Source: the human T2T-CHM13v2.0 reference genome, Homo sapiens. Taken from it: 64,000 bases of DNA. Of the stretch, positions 61,801-64,000 are shown piece after piece. A program made the position numbers and the translations under genes. Numbering within the stretch: the stretch's first letter is position 1; each line of letters starts with the position of its first letter. Below the pieces are notes generated by a model that made no database searches, was not told where the DNA came from, and saw nothing but the letters and a program-made list of their open reading frames with translations. The stretch is from NCBI RefSeq assembly GCF_009914755.1, contig NC_060928.1; one strand, 5' to 3'.

Positions 61801-64000
61801 GGAAGAAACAACCAGTACTACAATAATAGAAAGAGACTTCAGTACCAAACTTTCAATACACAGGTAATCCAGACAGAATATTAATAATGAAACAATGGAT
61901 ATAAGCAATACTATAGATGAAATGGACCTAACAGGTACATACAAAACATTTTATCCAAGAATACTAGAATATGCCTTCTTTCCCAATACGCAGGGAACAT
62001 CCTCTAGGATAGACAATATGTTAGGCAACAAAACAAATCTTAACAAATTCAAGAAGATTGCAATTATAACAAGTATTTTTTTTCTGACCATGATGGTATA
62101 AAACTAGGAATTAATAACAAGAGGAAAATTGGAAAATTCACAAATATGTGTAAATTAAACAAACACTCCTGAACTATCAAAAGGTTAAAGAAGAAATCAA
62201 AAAAAGTAAAAGAATTTACAGTGATAAACTCAAATATTAAGAAGAAAGATCTTCAATAAACAACCTAACATTACACCAGAAGAAATTAGGAAAAGAATCA
62301 CAAACTGAGACCAAATTCAGAAGAAGGAAGGGAATTATAAATGTCAGAGCAGAAATAAAATTAAGAAGAGTCTCAAAAATTAATAGAAATTATCCACAAA
62401 ACAGTTTTTTTAAAATAAAATTGACAAACCTTTAGGTAGACCAACTAAGAAAAGAAGAGAAGACAAAAATCATCAATGAAAGAGGAGATGTTACAGCTGC
62501 CAGCAAAGAAACAAAAAGGGTATAAAAGAGCACTATGAATAATTATATTTCAACAAATAGAATAATTTAGAAGAAATGAACAAATGTCTGAAGACATACA
62601 ACATATCAAGATTACCATGAAGAAATAGAAAATATGAACAAATTAAAGAGATGAGTACACTTCTAAATACATTTTATGAGGCCAGCACTACCCTTATGCC
62701 AAAGCCAGACAAAGACACTACAAGCAAATGAAATTACAGGCCAATATCTCTAGTAAACTTATATGCAAAACATTAACAACAGAAATTAAACAAGACACAA
62801 ACAGATAAAGGTATATCCCATGTTCATGGATTGGAAGGCTACATAATGTTAAACTGCCTGTACTACCCAATTTTATATACAAATTTGATGCAATCTATAT
62901 CAAAACACCAATGACATTTTTCACATAAATAGAAAAAACGTCTAAAATTAATTGGAACAACAAAAGATCCAAATAGCCAAAGAAATATTGAACAAAAGAA
63001 CAAAGCTAGAGGCATCACATTACCTGATTTCAAAATATACTGCAAAGCCGTAGTAATCAAAACATCATAATACTGGCATAAAAACAGTTATATAGACCAA
63101 TGGCAGGGAAACTAACAGAGATACCAAAACTAAATTCACATATTTACAGTAAATCAAATTTTGACAAAGGTGCTGGAAACATTATGGGAACAGGACAATC
63201 TATTTTATACATGATGTTGGAGAAAACTGGGTATTCACATGCAAAAGAATATAATTGGGCCCATATCACATGTCATATACAAAAATCAGTTTGAAATGAA
63301 TTAAAGACATATACATAAGACTGAGCTATAAAACTGCTAGAAAGAACCATGAAAGAAGTTTCTTGACATTGGTATGGGTAATAATTTTTTTATTATTACC
63401 CAAAAAGCACAACAACGAAGGTGACACCAAACATAAGATAGCATCAAACTAGGAAGCTTTGCATTACAAAGGAAACAATAAACAAAGAGATAACTTACAG
63501 AATGGGAGACAGTATTTGTGAACCATACATTTGATAAAGAGTCAATATCTAAAATATATAATAAACTCAATTCAATAGCAAAATAATGATAATAATCCAA
63601 TTAGAAAGGGGCAAAAGACCTAAACAGGCAGTTCTTAAGAAAAGACTTCAAATGGCCAATGGATATGTGAAAATATATGCAACATCATTAATCAAAAGGG
63701 AAATGCAAAATCAAACCACAATGAACCATTAAAAATCAAACCTCATGACTATTAAAATGGCTGTTATCAAAAAAGTAAACAATAACTGCTGCTGAGGATG
63801 TGGATATAAGGAAATCCTAGTATGCACTTAGTAGAAATTTAAATTGGAGCCATCATTTTGGAAAACAATATAGTGGCTCCTCAAATTTTTACAATATAGA
63901 AAGATAATTTGGCAATCCTATTTCTGGGTGTATAATCAAAGGTAAAAAATAAAATGAATGTAGTACCATTCAGACTTAAAAAAAATCCTGTCATCTGCAA
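58900..64000 (+). mobile_element. Long old L1M/L1MA element (5' UTR, ORF1, internally deleted ORF2), running past the window end
   Basis: C-rich repetitive 5' UTR about 59130-59850; ORF1 relic about 59950-60930; ORF2 ATG at 61427 ('atggcaataataagtccctacc'); EN-like peptide in track ORF 61895-62101; L1MA-like 3' region. Confidence 0.85.

Overview
AT-rich, CpG-poor primate genomic DNA, almost certainly human because it contains an AluYb8/Yb9-type element, a human-specific lineage. It looks like a large intron or an intergenic region. I found no credible host protein-coding exon, RNA gene or CpG island. All long ORFs in the track come from L1, Alu, LTR or simple-repeat sequence. Roughly half the window is recognisable interspersed repeat: a full-length but dead L1PA5-like element with TSDs (29571-36014) carrying a young AluYb9-like insertion, a long older L1M/L1MA element (about 58900 to the window end), 11 Alus, solo LTRs (MER4A, LTR1, MER57, THE1A, MSTC, several MLT1), the DNA transposons MER75 (piggyBac) and MER1B (hAT), and MIR/L2 relics. 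Repeat family names were assigned from my recollection of consensus sequences, not from a search; ends of old repeats are approximate. I did not find convincing evidence of a new biological system. The best leads are modest: an intact 51-codon PGBD4-like micro-ORF inside MER75, a possibly polymorphic AluYb9, a retained ZNF93 segment in the L1, and candidate enhancers at about 6.4-6.7 kb (E-box/MEF2/RUNX) and 37.9 kb (RFX palindrome).
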